A stretch of 48,564 bases of DNA, the filler included, from Catajapyx aquilonaris (lineage: Eukaryota), in the NCBI GenBank assembly GCA_000934665.2. It is 2 parts of 2 records of this genome, joined end to end, with 100 filler letters (N's around TTAATTAATTAA, not from the genome) between each part and the next. Parts side by side here need not be neighbours in the genome. Positions count along the whole stretch, not along the records: positions 1 to 24,231 come from JYFJ02005545.1; 1 more part is not named here. One strand, given 5' to 3'. Below are positions 1 to 14,100 of this stretch, piece by piece. Made by a program: the position numbers and the translations under genes. The notes below the pieces were generated by a model. The model did no database searches. It was not told the origin of the DNA and was given only the letters and a program-made list of their open reading frames with translations. The first letter of the stretch is position 1, and every line of letters begins with the position of its first letter.

Positions 1-1099
1 GGCCACACCGGCGGTGCGAACACAACGCTGCACCCGTCCCTCGGCCCAACTTGGCCTCCGCGAGTGGGAAAAATCGTCGTGATCGTGCGCCCTTAAGCAC
101 TGACTGTGGGAGAGAGAGAGAGAAAAAAAAACTTGGCAATTCCAGCTCTTCTATGAAGTAGACCTATAACAAGTGACGCCCTCCTCCAAATAACTCCCAA
201 AATCGAGAGTACTGTACCTATATCCAAAGCCTCAATGTTCACCAGAAAAGAAACACCTACCACTACGACATTTTAGAGTTATACATAAGTCGGGGTGGAG
301 GGAAAGGAAGCAGAGAGTTGACCATTTCCTATAGCCTTCAAAACTGAAAATTTTATAGTATAAAATTTTAAACTGTTTGGGGCTAACTTCATTCCACACA
401 TGAAAAATCAGCACACGCTGGGAAAAAATGCCACAAGTTGCAAAATGTTCATATTACCGCAACATGTGGTCCGGACGATCGGAACCCCCTAGGGGTAACA
501 TGAGCATAAATTATGATTAAAATATTTTACCCGGTCATGAATATGGCTTCCTTTCACACAACATCTTCCTAATGTTACACAGTATACACACAATACAGTA
601 TCTTTGTATTAACTTGTATTTTTAAAAACAATTAGGTAGAATGCGTGCCTCAAGAGGTATTGCACGGAGCTTATTATTTATACCATATGAACAATGCTAC
701 TAGCGTCAAGCCTGGCATTACTGACTTAAGTCATATCACATGTACTGTACATAACTCCGTTTCTAGGAGATTTTTGTTCTTCGTATCTCCCTGCATGATG
801 GGGTGACACCAATGCTTTTTTCCATAGCAGCATCCATTAACCAAAATAAATACGTGAATAAGCACTTTTTACTGCAGTTACTTACAGAAGACGGTTTCTG
901 CAGGTAGCTTTTTAAAAACTGAAGGAACGTATACATCAAATACACTGAATACTTACTAAATAACTGATCATACAAGTACGAATCGAGAAGGGGAAGGAGA
1001 ACTCTTGAAATGTAGGTGCAGCTTCACTGCGGGCCTATACTATACGCAAATACAGTATGTGGAAATCTTCTGCCTTCAGCTACTCTATGGGCCTTATGG

Positions 1100-1475
1100 G
1101 CCTATACCGGCGTATATTTTCTTGATCGGATATCGTCACCTTTTCTTAATTGCGGTTTCAGCAACTTCATCAAATGGGCGCTCACTGTCCAACCGTCGAC
1201 CAAATTCGACATGTAAAAAATTCGCGGCCTACTTAGCCAGCCTTTCGATGGCAGTCGGTTTCCAACAGATAGTTTTTGGGTTTAATTCGGTTGCAGTCGG
1301 AATATTCAGGGTCTGAATAGCTCGATTTATCTCCATACCTCAGGAAAAGTGCATAGGCCTACGTTATGCACATTTTAAGTTCAAATGTAGACAATAAGAC
1401 CTCAGATACTGTAGTATATTATATAGGATCAAAAACTCAGCTATAATCTTTACAGTCAGGTTCCGCTTCAAATAA
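1100..1475 (-). mobile_element. Possible decayed pogo/Tigger remnant
   Basis: Stop-riddled frame ..LDSER...V...I...KIY resembling a pogo C-terminus, and a TA-CAGTCAGGTTCCGCTT terminus-like motif. Confidence 0.3.
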
Positions 1476-1825
1476 GTCTAATTACTGCCTCGGCACATTA
1501 TTGTACTCGATGTTCGAAAAGTATATGACATGTCAGTCCGTAAATTACGCCGGTCTTACACAATATATGGTTGATAAAACAACCGCCTCCAGGTTTCTCT
1601 TGGGTGTATTGTACACGACTACAATATAACCACATTGTTAGAGTTTCAAATACCCCTCCTCGTACCTGCTGGAAACACGTTGATAGTATACGTACACTAA
1701 GAACAAAGAACACGTCCCACAAGAACACATTTCTGGAGAACTATCACCATCTACAATAATTACATTTACTATGTTATAATCAGAGGTTTCTCAACATATC
1801 CTGCTGGCTCGTCCAAAAAAGTAAG

Positions 1826-2175
1826 TTATTTATTTGTTTGTTTGTTTGTTTGTTTGTTTGTTTGTTTGTTTGTTTGTTTGTTTATTTATATTTACCCCGT
1901 TGGGAGAATCGGTGCTCCATTAGGGGGGTGGAATACCACCATTTTACCACTCAATTTTTCTGAACTTTTTCTTCACACATGGGTGGGGCCAAGGATAGAG
2001 AAGGAAGGAAGCGGCCCTGTGGCCTATTATATACGGAAGCGACCTTGGAATTATCCTGGGGGGACCGTGGAAAACCACAGAACACCACGTTCAGGGTCGC
2101 CGCCCCCCGGAATCGAACCCAGGACCTCCCGATTAGCAGTCGGACTCCTTAACCACTACACCAACCTGCTTCGGT
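1826..2175 (-). mobile_element. tRNA-derived SINE, family A, with (AAAC)n tail
   Basis: A box TGGTGTAGTGG and B box GGTTCGATTCC on minus; (GTTT)n at ~1835-1883; homologous copies at 25.3 and 44.5 kb. Confidence 0.88.
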
Positions 2176-5100
2176 AAATAGGTAAGTTTATTGGAAACGG
2201 TCACTGAGGAAAAACCGGCCGAACGTTTTAACCAAATTCCTCCTCCCCTTTCCCCTCTCCACTACACCCCGAAGGACGGAAAAGAAATGTAAATCTTTCG
2301 CACCACAGCACTCAAGGAGCGACGTGTTAGAAAAAGCAACAGGAGTACGTAAGGGGGGAAAACAGCTTTAAGGAATCCAGCATATAGTATAGGACTTGCC
2401 CTTAATGCATGTTAGCGGCCAAGAAACGGGGGGAGGGGTGCAAAACTACTGCACTGCAGATGCATGTGATTAAGCTCGACTCTCCCAAGTTTACCAACTC
2501 CCATTTTTCATGCTTTCACGGGCAAAGCCCTGCCACGCAGAAGAGGTGGAGATCGGTACTACAGCCACCGGAAGCAACACAGTGATCTGTACATAAAGGC
2601 AATTTCGCCTTGCAAAATAATATAAACTCTAAAATCTATCTGAAAAGTGTTCTATACAATGACTACCCCCCAGTTTATTTGAATCAGATGAGTGAAAAAG
2701 TAGCAAATTATGTATTAAACTATTGCTTATATGCACCTTAGAATAGTATAATTTCAGATAATCGTTATATACTGCTCGTGTAAGAAGGCCACTATTTATC
2801 GTGATAATCCGTGACCAATCACAATTCACCCCTACAAGCCTCTCTGTTTCTAGACCTCTATATCATATTAATCGATTCACCATCTCTTTAAACACAACCC
2901 TTCTGGCAGTAAATTAGAAGCAAATGCAATTAGAATATTGCTTTCTTCGTAAATAAAACAGGTGATTTCATCGCTGGCACGCGTAAGATTTCAAAATAAA
3001 ACTCAGCAATCTCTAAAGGGAATGTAATAATAAAAACCGGCAACACTCTATTCCCGATCTTGCTGTTGACAATAATTTGCTCTACGAGGTCATCACGAAC
3101 TCGGTCAAGAAACCACTAATTTCCACTTACGACCAGAAGTAAATCACACCAAATTCGCTGCAATAAAACCGCTTTCAGATACCTAAGAAGAGAAATTTCT
3201 TTTGCTCCCTTCTGTCAGGAAATAATTAAACATGGAGTCTCACGCAAGTGAGATTCTGGTTTATCTTTAAGCAGGAATGGATCATAAAGCGGCGTCACTG
3301 TAGAGTTTTTAGGTCCCTCCAAAGTGTGTTTACGACCATCACGCGCTGCGGATGTCACTGCTATTCCGCCATAAGAAGAGTAATTAGGCCAACCCTGACC
3401 AAACGTATATAAAAACGAAACAAAACGTCTAGAGGCTAGTGCTGGCTTCATATCCAATCATTCCTTAGATGCTTCCCTTCGGTGGTCAATGCATATCTCT
3501 TTTATTTGCTCTGCTTCCTGGAAACGGAATAAAGCCTGCATTTCCCTTTCCAGCGCAAGATTTTCCCATTCTATTCTTATAAGGCCCTCAAGGGCAATAT
3601 TTGAGAAATGCCTTCTGGCTCGACGCTCCCAAAACACTGCCGGCCGTTTCAATACGACGAATCGGGTCGGCACTCTTCGGATTCCTGCACAGTCCCGGTG
3701 GTAAAAATGCAAAATAGGGACCAAGTAACAATAGGCGACAACAGCTCCTCGCCCAAATCTTCTCTTTTCTAGCACGGCCATGGCGACTTTTTTTTTTTCC
3801 TCCATCCCACCAAAAGGTGGAAGGAAGTCATAAATAAAGGGATAGATCGATGCTCCCGAAACTAAGCAACAAAAAGGGAAGGACTAACGAGAAAATGGAT
3901 CTCAAAGTCACTCACAAAGAACCCCTTGGTTTCCAGCCAGGCTTCCTTTTAGAAACACGTTACAAAAGCATATCTCCTTTTCTTTGACCGCTTCCTTCTT
4001 TCTATACGCATTACTATACGGTAGTATAGCAGGGCGACGACTCTTTGCAGGCTGCAAAACAGTCCGTGCTATTACACAAAATACTATATATATTTGTAGC
4101 GCAGCTCAGAGTTGTATTTCACATGGTTTAACATTTCGACTGGAAACAATATGGATGGGATGCAATAGTTCATGTGACCGCTAATTAATAGGGGGTAACT
4201 GTATAATTGGCACGTAAATGCTTCATGGTGCGTTAAAAGTGGTCATACGTGAGCATAAAATTAATGAGATGTAATCAATATCCGATGAATTGGCCTAAAC
4301 ATATGAAAGAAAGTTCGTAAGACTGGATTTAGGAATCGCTTGAAAACTCTCTTTAGGGACGAAAAAAGCTTCCTTGCCCACATGCTGTTTTTCTCTCTCT
4401 TCCCCTTCCCCTGCTCTTGTTTCTTCTTCTTCTTTGGTCTTCTCCGCACGTAGCCTAAGCTAGCGTCCAAGTTTCAAGCTGCGTCCCCTCCTGTGGATCC
4501 TCACACCACGTGCTGTTAATACCGGGGCAGAAGCGCAACAGATGCTGCTCCGGAGGCATCCCTCAACTAGCCTACCTCAACACCACCGCTTCTTTAGGGC
4601 TCTCTCAACACCGGCCATGTATGCCCCACCAATCAGGGGGTAACATGTGCGGATAAAGCGTACTGCCTGTCTTGGGATACTACGTTGACTGTCGTTTCAG
4701 ACACTAATGCTAAGAATACCAAGAAGGCTAGCCAGCATTACATTTCTTTCGGTACCATGGGATCCACGGAATTGGCAAAAACAAAAAGGCGCATTGACGT
4801 GGCCAGCAATTACCTCATAACAGCGCTCGGCCTCTGTGTGCAACAACGCGACACCTGTGACAAATGAGACCCCGCATACAAATAGCAGCTGTCAGTATAG
4901 TTCCTGAAAGAGCTGGGTCCCTGCAGCACGCGGCTGGCCCCCCCTGCCCACGGCCCTGTAAATAATGACATCCCTCCGAATGCAATGTGCCATCTGAAAA
5001 CGAACAGTGTTCCCGCCGCAGATACACTGGTGATACTTGGAAACATGCACGCATGAAAACGACGTGTGGCTTACACGCTTGCTGACATTTTTAACGACCC

Positions 5101-8100
5101 CTAGAATTCCAGTCTTTTCGCCTGTTAGCACACACCCCACTCCATGCTCCACTCCAGATGCTGCTGAGACCGCTTTACATTAATCCCATCTTGATCGGGG
5201 CTTAGTTTAAATATGACCTAGGTATCCATTCCATAAGACGGGTTACTTCCTTATAAAACATTATGAAACTTATAACTCAAGGGCTTGGGAGTACCCTTTT
5301 TATGAGGCTATCAATTTGCGACGGAGGCTCCAAGTTGGTCCGAGGCTGGGGATGCAGCAGTATCTCCCGAGGAAAAAAAAGGGGGTAGAAAGAAAACACA
5401 GAGCAGCTTGTTGCCATAGGGAATCCTTCCGCACCATCAGGTTTGGTGCGCCAGAGGAAGCCAAGGGAGACTTCCCGATCAAAAAGCCGGCGACGACGAC
5501 AATCATTTCCTTGCCTCGGATCAACTGCCTCGGCATTCTAATAGGAATTTCAGGATGGAAACGAAGGCGGCGTCAGGCATTCGTGCAATCCCACGGGACG
5601 GACTAACATGCCCTTCTTCACGCCTGACTCCCCCACCCACTGCACTCCTGCTGCACCACTTGGATTCAAACGAACAAAGAAGAAAGCTGGACATGCATGC
5701 GTATCGTAACCGGAAGCAGGTGAGCTCCTAGTGGCACGACAATCCTCCAGCCACCTGTCAAACGGTTCAAATAGTTCATGTCTCTCTCCCATCAATCCCA
5801 ACGCGTTACACACCCTCCCTCGCATTATGAATTCGCCGATACCCCCCCCNCCCCCCCCCCCCTTCCTTGAAGAGCACCTCCTGACTCCCAAGTAGCATAT
5901 GCCATCACGCTAATACCTGGATCAAGTTGGAAGTGCAAGCCCCACGGCTGTATATTAGTTGGCCAACCCCCCTCCCCTATCTGCAATGCCCTCCAGGCTG
6001 GCCCGGATTGTTCCTATGCACTCCCCACTCCCTCTCTCCCGCCTCCACTTCCCTCCCACCCTTCCGCTGCCGCAACCAACCCACCGGATCGATTCCTGCA
6101 GGCCTTTCCCGCCTCTCTTCCATCTCGCACCCGCACCGCACCGCACATACCTACCTGATTTCCAGTCTCAACTATTGACGCCTCCTCTTCAAGCGAACCG
6201 CAACCACTCCTATCCTAAGTGACAGGCAACCCAGAAGACTTCGGCCGAGTGAGCCTTCCCTCCTTCCCTCTTTCCCTCCCTCTGCAGGAAGGCAATGGAT
6301 CCGAGGGGGGCATTTTTGCACACATTGATTGCGTACATGGCGTAAACACGACCTAGCTGCTACAACCTCTTCCTTTCCCTTGTTAATACTTGATGCGAAC
6401 ACGAATCTCTCGTGCCAACTACATAAAAGTTACAACGATTGTTGCGCTACCGTATCGCATCACGCCTATAAAGCCGCATCGGGTATTCCCTTTGACAGTG
6501 TGCGAGCATTCATTAACTTGCAACAGTCCCAGTATAAACAAAATGAATAAACAGAGGGTTGATACCCCTTCACCTTCCGGATAATCTCCAAGAGCAGTAG
6601 GCCACGTGAATAAGTGGCAAAGGTGGGTCCACGCCGTTGTGTATAGTTGCCTCCATTACAAGAGTCGAGGACCACGCCCAGAAATTAGCATTTACGGAGC
6701 CAACCACCGAAACCTGCCGCTGGACTTTCCCACCTGATATATGTGCTCGTTTTGCCAAATAACTCCCAAACTGAATTTGGTGTCTCGTTAATCCGGAGCA
6801 TGGCTGCGTGACGCCACAACGCTCCGTGAATGCGCAGCCTCCACTATACCAAGCTGCGGTACAGGATTAATTACAGGTGCCCTGGAAAAGAGACCAGGTC
6901 TACGCCCTTCCCCAGCTCTCTCCTACCCCCCCCCCCCCACAAAAATGACAGTCTTTTTCGGAGGGTCAAGTTCGCGCTTAATCCTACCCGTGGCGCAGAT
7001 AAATTCCGCCTGCTTGCCTCTAGCCTATTACATCTGAAACCACCAAAGGAACGCAGCTATAAATCCCTCTAGACAACTCACTCTTTCCGAGAGAAGCCGC
7101 CAGTTGAAAATAACGATCCGATTCCCTAGGACAACCAGCGTAAAATGCAAAGCGATGCCGCTATGTAAAGTGACTTTCTTGGCATTTCCCTGTTAATTGG
7201 ATTAAGCTGGTCAAAGAGGCTTCATTTGCAAGATAGGGAGGGGGGGGAGGAGGAGGAAGAACGGCAGGGAAAAGCTGAAAGGAGGAGGGGAACAGCTGTA
7301 ACCCGTGAAACTCATATTGAAGATGGAATCCGACCCTGGAAATTATTTTTCTAATTAAAATGTCGCAGCCCGGATTCTTCCCAATTGAACTTTCATCCTG
7401 CATACATTTTTTTCCATGGGGACAACTTGAACTCTTATTGGGAGAAAAAAAAACCCGGCTGGTGCCAGTAGTAGCAAAAACTGAATGAAAAACCAATCAA
7501 ATTTAATGATGAAATTGCGGTTCAGATGCCTAAACGGTAAACGTCCGGTAAAATCCGTTGCTCCAGTTTCACCCATCCCCGTATTGGTTACGGCGACGGT
7601 ATATGCCGAGTCAACTACAAAGGCCACCACTGGCAATTTTGTGTGTGCGAGAGAGCGTATGTGTGTGTGTGTGTGGGTATGCATGTGTGTGTCAACGCTC
7701 GTCCTTGTTTGGAATTTCAGCCGTTAATTTCCTTGCGGAAGCTTCCGGCCAACTTCAAAGGCAGATAGGGCCTAGGGAATTGACGCTGCGAAAGAATTAC
7801 AAAAGGTACTTTTAGTTTTAATGAACCGCCTGTGGTAATGACAAAGGCAGGCGTTCGGTACGTTTCCGGTGCCCAAAAATGCTGCACCAGAGTGTCTGCT
7901 GGAAATTCTCCGACCCCCTCAGACCAAACGCAATGTTGGAAGATAATTCGCAATTTCTCACCCACGTGTTGCCATTACTTGTGATTCCTCTCATCCCCCC
8001 CCCCNCCCCCCCCCCCCTATACTCTCCACGCGAGCCAAAGATCCCCACCTTCCCCGTCATCATATTGCCATTTTCTTAAACCAATCGCCAGATGTGCTGA

Positions 8101-11100
8101 AAATGTCATCCGTAATGGAAATTTCAATGGCTCCCACCCTCACCACTTGCTGCCGTTCTATCTCTTGGATGCTAATGCCTACCCCGCACAACTTTCATCA
8201 AGTTTCCCTTAAAGGTAATATCACTGAATACTTGGTGCAACTCAAAATGCGCTCTGCGCTACACTCATCAACAGGTGCATAGCTGCCCAAAATAACACAA
8301 AAACATACTGCCATTAGATGCGTTCATGAATAATCCCTGGGATATACGCCATACAGTGTCAGTCTAGCTCTAATCCCTAAAAATGCGGCAACAGGTGAAC
8401 CTAGCAAACATCCAGGGTGAAACTCAGTTGTAGACGCATTCAGTGAATATGTTGCTTTGGACTAGCCAGCACCAATGATAGGTTTTCAATAATGCAAACA
8501 TGTTACAGGTTGAATCGGGTGATCCGCGCTTCCATGGAACAACACGAGGCAATGTCGATATACCTGGCCGACAAAACCAACATGTGACAGATTGGAATTT
8601 GACACTCAGCACAATAAAATGAAAATAATAATGAGCGCCAATTTTGCGAGATGTCTGCTGGTTGTGTGCGACGGTATTGGCACATGTTTATCAATGCCAT
8701 GCTAGAAAGCCAGGCATATGACAACATTTGCATTCTCCCGCCCTTCTTTCGAGAGCCGATTAAAATATCACTTTTGTCACATGCCTAGTTTGCCAGTCAA
8801 GTGTCCATGTATTTAAATTCCGCATTGCGTTTTTATTAAATGTTTAACTTGATAACTTCAATGAACATCACAAACATTTCATCGTATCAGTGTAAAGATA
8901 CACTCGGTCAGTCAATTTTGGCTCGATTTACGAATGTACGAGTATGCATGAGTAGCCTTATACAATGGCCCATACATAATAATACTGTATTGCCCATTCA
9001 AACCCATGAGGCAGTCCTGACCACTCTGCTGAACTTAATTCCACCCACCATCTCAATCCAAACGCGATAACTTTAGGGTCATAAAACGCTCGCCAAGGCA
9101 CGGTGCGGAGTTGTCATGTCTTGCATGTCACCGAAGGTACAGTACCTCGAGGATATTATCATGTGCAAGACATGACAATTCCGCGCCTTTGCCAGGTACT
9201 TATTGCGCCAAGTTATCGTTTTTGAACTGGGATGGTGGTTGGTATTAAGATAAGGCGGCGGATTAGGACTGCCATATCGGCTTGAACGGGCTTTGCACAC
9301 AATTTTGCCTCGTTTTACACATGTAGTATGCTCAAATAAGTGTTGAACTGCCCAGATATTGTGCGATAGCAATGCTATTGTCAAAAGGATTTCCTTTTTT
9401 GTCTGAGGTGGGTAGACGCACACAAAATACAAAAAATATGGACAAGCAAAAATTCATAAATGGTTTCTTTCAGCATATGTGAAACAGTTTACGAGCAAAA
9501 TATCTACCCTGAACCCAGAAAAAAACTACTGTAATATTCTGAGTACATGAGACCCCCGGGGGTGCCGATCGTCTACTAGCTGAGCATTTCTATGAGCATG
9601 TACTGTACACTGCCTATGAAACATGCAGTATCAAGAGATTCCCAAGAATTAATGTTTTAAACTATGAATTCTTCATTCTGAAGGCTGTAAGGTATGCGAT
9701 ATCATAACCTCACCTACCGTTACCTTTGACATCTAACTTGCAGAACATGCAGCCCCATTGCAGATCTTCAAGGGTTACTGTACACGTAACATGAAATATT
9801 GAATTCCGTCTAATTGACCAGGCCTGACCTATACGTAAACAGGCACCCATATAGTAATTAAACCTCATTGAGTTAATGTATCTGCATAGCTGCTGGCACA
9901 GACTTGGGTTTCAACAGAAAGTAGCGTACCCACACCTTAGTGGGTAGGCATTGCAGAGGCATATCTTGCGCAAAGAGGTCACTGGAGCCCTTTCTCCGCG
10001 CATCTACACTCTGTGAACCCAATGGCGCGGCACATTACGCCACAAGACCGCAATGAAAACACTCGGAATGATCCCTGCCTGCTCGTAAATAACCTCCTCC
10101 GATACTGCCCCCTTCATTAACTCCAGAATCAGACTCCCAGCAATAAAGTCCGGATGCGGTACTTTGGGGAAATCTTGCAAAGAAGCTCATCCGACGTGGT
10201 TGAGCCCTTCCTTTTCACGTAGATATGGTGCAACATCGGGGAGCACCTCCATATTCATTTTGGTGCCAAGCGGTTCCAAGTCGAGCGGGGACAGAAGACG
10301 GCGGGCACAAATAATTATTCTCATCAGCTCATCCGGGAAGTATTGCAGTCAACTCCGACTACTTTTCCTGAAAAGATACTCGCTCCCTTAACCTAATAAA
10401 ATCGGGAATGATGAGACTCCGCTTCTGCAGAAAGTGTTCCGGTAACGAAATTAACCTCGGCAGAAATTGCCCCTTTTAGTCTTTCTTCAGTCTTCACTTC
10501 ATGAATCACTATATGTATAGCCAGGGGGCTACACGAGACAAACACGTAATAAACTAGACGGTACGGAATGTGGCAACTAAAACGCACTTGCACGCAGTCA
10601 GAGGGGTCAAAGGCACTCCCAAAAACTATTCTCGGCGGATTTCCTCGCCTGCTTCTGCTGCTGCAAGGAATGGTATATATGTGAGCACACAGAGCTTCAA
10701 AGCTACAGAAAGCAATCACGAAACTCCATGGGTGGGTAAGAAACCCTTGCAATCCACGCTAATCCCAAAGCGCTCTTAGGCCAGCCTCGATATAAGAAAC
10801 GGGTCCGTGGCTGGACCCACCCTCTTGTCCCCTAAACTTCGCTAATACCTCCTAGAACCTAGTGAGCCGCCACGTTGCCCGAATAATTAAATCCCACCAA
10901 CCGGCGCTCCCCTTCGTCTCCATATTCTCTTCTACCACNCCCAAGTAATAACCTCTCTGAAAAATTCCCAGTCGCCCTTAATTTTAATTCTTGGAAGAAG
11001 GGGCGGGCATGGAAGGAATGGAGGAAGGCCCTCTTTTTTCCCCCCCTTCTGGGCGCCATCAGGAACGCGTGAATAAATAAAGGGCCCGGCTTGGAGATGT

Positions 11101-14100
11101 CGAAGGACTCGATGGGCTGTCATGAGTGTGTCCGCATCAACTCCTGGGAGGACCAAAGGACGCAAATGAGACCCCCGGTGAAGTGCCGGCTAATGTTGCG
11201 CCTTTCTCTGTTCGGTTCTGAATTTTGCATGAACGTCGCATCCGCGCTCCATTACGACTAAAAGCTTTCCCGGGTGAGACAGACTTCTGGACTGCATCAC
11301 CCCTCCGCCTGTGTCCCCAGCCTATGCACACACCAAAAAAAAAAAAAAAAAAACACACACATTTGCTTCATAAATCGCTTTCCAGCAAGCTCGATACGAA
11401 TCCCATGGTATCACAGCCGGATCAGTAGTGCTTATGAAAAACAGGGTGTCTCACAATCGCCATTTTTTGAGCACACTCTGCACATTCCATAAGGTCCAAG
11501 TGAATAGCGTCTAACTTTCAGATCGTGCCCAATGACACTCCTCCTCGCCTTTTCAGCCGTTAACAATGCCCGTGCAAAGCTCTTGATTCCTTTCCGCACC
11601 CATTCCCCGCCGGAGCCTTCGGATAACAAGGGGGCGCGGGGCAAGTTGCGATAACAAGGGGCGTAAAACATCATCATAACCATCGATCCCGGGTCCGACG
11701 AAAAGTGCCTCCAGGCAGTGCGTTTCCACTTACGATATACTTTCCAACCCTCGTTACCAAACTCCGTATTCGGAATAATATGCATGATATTGCTTTAAGC
11801 ACACAGTCAGCAGGGTCCCTGAAGGTGGAGGGAGGGGGGGGTGCCCTTCCTTCTCCCCCCCCCCCCCCCCCCCCCCCCCCCNCTCCTCAAGTTTTATTCA
11901 AAAATTAAAGGCTGGTCGTGCTAGCTACTTGTTAAAGATTCCATTGATCGGATGATTTAACGGATGCTGCTGCATGGAGAACAAAAAAGAAGAAGGGGAG
12001 GAAGAAAGTGAAGGAGAGAGGGGGGCCCCTTTTGGTCTTTTCTCGCGTCTTTCCCAATAGTAGTTTGGCAGCAGCGGCGCCTCTCTAGAGCAGCGCCAGC
12101 CAGCGCCTACTGATAAGGCGCCTTCCTTCTGATATTGATTTTAGCATCAAGTTTCATGTTCACAGAATTCCGGGACAGCATTAGAAAGATTCCCGTTTTT
12201 TGGAAACACGGGGTGTAGCCCTACTCGTTCAGAGCCAATCAATTTGTTTGGAGGACAGTCACCTTCTCTACCACCCACTACCCCCCAAATCCTCCGAGTC
12301 TCGGGGAGGTGGGATCGAGTCTGGTGGCGCCTTGTCCCCCCCAAGTTTTATGCATTCCCTGGCTCATCTCATTTGGGGATTTACAACGCCTTGCGGGGGA
12401 GGGGCCAACATGGCGCGCCGAGATAAACAGGATGATGTCTTTAATCACCATTGCAGCTTATCAACGGAGAGAAAAGGGAGAGAGGGGGAGACTTGGCATC
12501 TACGAAAACGCACCTTACCCAAGGGAGATTATGGATACATAAACGCCGTAAAATACTCGCCGACTAATTAGTCCAGTCAACAAATGCTGATATACTGCTC
12601 TTTCGTGATATCAGGTAAACACTGTAATACCAGAAATTCGATTCGTTGCAACGGAGCTGCTCGATGTATACGTATAGGACTCTCGGATTCTGCTGCCCTG
12701 GCCACCAGCAAAAACGCCAGGGTTCTGCAGCAGATAAATGAATTTGCCCAGAGCGCATCTCGGCCAAAGTGCGATAGATACGTCTAGGTACCCATCTCCT
12801 GCCCCCCTCTGCATGCATAAATAAAGCCCGGCCATTCTTCAACTTCCCCTGAAACAAACTGCATACGTGCCAAGAGCGCCATCCTTCTTTGCATTTTGCC
12901 TCGTCGCCCCTTCTCCAAAAGGAGTAATTGGGCTTCAAGTCTGCATATGTTGTGGCCTTTTTTTTTACCTGTTGAATAACCCTCCAGGGAATTGGGGGGG
13001 AAAAAAACTCAAGATGACCCTACATTAAAACCGCACTGCTTGCAGCACGTGAATTGAGTCTCCACTGTATAGCTTCCCTGGTGGAAGCGAAACGATGAAT
13101 TTATATGAACTGCAAACCAAAATTTTAATACATGGGGCTGGGTTGGTTTAGCCCAGACAGCCCAGAACGCACAACCACATGCACATGTTGCTACACTCCC
13201 GGGATTGCAATTATCCAGACACGATCGGAATCAGTTTTTCAACCCAAATTCAATTACAGCCGTAGCGAACAACCACCAGGGTTAGAATCCACCTACCCCA
13301 CCCCACCCACGTTCGGTAGCCACACACTCCCGGAAAAAAAAGAGAAGCAATGTCCACATACATATAGGACGTGCACCTGCTCGGTAGAGTCTCGTTCCCA
13401 ACGTGCTGTCGCTATGCACACTTGGCCCTGCCGGAGTTTGGGCGATACGTGGGAACGACGTCCATCAGGCACCGGCCGTGATTCTATTAGATTATGTGCC
13501 CGGAGCATCCCAACAAGGATAATCGAATGCATAGAATTGCCCCTGGCCGCTCGTTCCCTCGCAACAAATTAAAGCGCCACTCAGATTGGCAGCCTTCACG
13601 CAATCCGTGGTTTCAAAACCTTGCAATTATTGCGGGCGTCGCTCCCAGAGCCTAGATGACTCGTCTCAATGGAAGTCCGAGCGTAGTCCGGCGGTAGTCT
13701 CGGGTAGTCCGTCTACACACAAAAATACGCGTGGAGCCCGAACCACTAGTTATACTTTTCAATTATTGGCCGCTATTTTAATGGCGGTGATCGCCACGTG
13801 TCATCAATCACCCCCACCTGCTCCGGGCCTCCACAAATTTCTGGCGTGACATTTGTCAGCCCCGTCAAACCTAGTCATTACCAAAAGTGAGGGTTGGGGA
13901 GGGATGATGATTCCAACCCCATCCTATCGTCAGCCTACAAGCCCTGCCTGCTGGTGCGAGGTCCTTAGGAATCCAGTGCAATTACCCACCCAACTCCCCC
14001 ACCAGCCAGCCAACCCAAAACCCCTACCATCCATCACTGAGGCGAGTCATAAAGCCTCCGGTCAGCTGCAGCGCAGAATGTATTATGCTCCACTCCATGC

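Noticed and set aside
2100..2175. tRNA-Ser(GCT)-like gene (also at ~25330-25402, ~30280-30353, ~44660-44735)
   Set aside because: A/B boxes are present, but the copies are divergent and attached to a shared SINE body and tail.
2270..2345. MALAT1-like triple-helix end for a long minus transcript
   Set aside because: The U-rich motifs are in the wrong order, with no A-rich tract or tRNA-like element.
11380..11430. miR-2-like seed TATCACAGCC
   Set aside because: The 3' half does not match the miR-2/13 family and there is no convincing hairpin.
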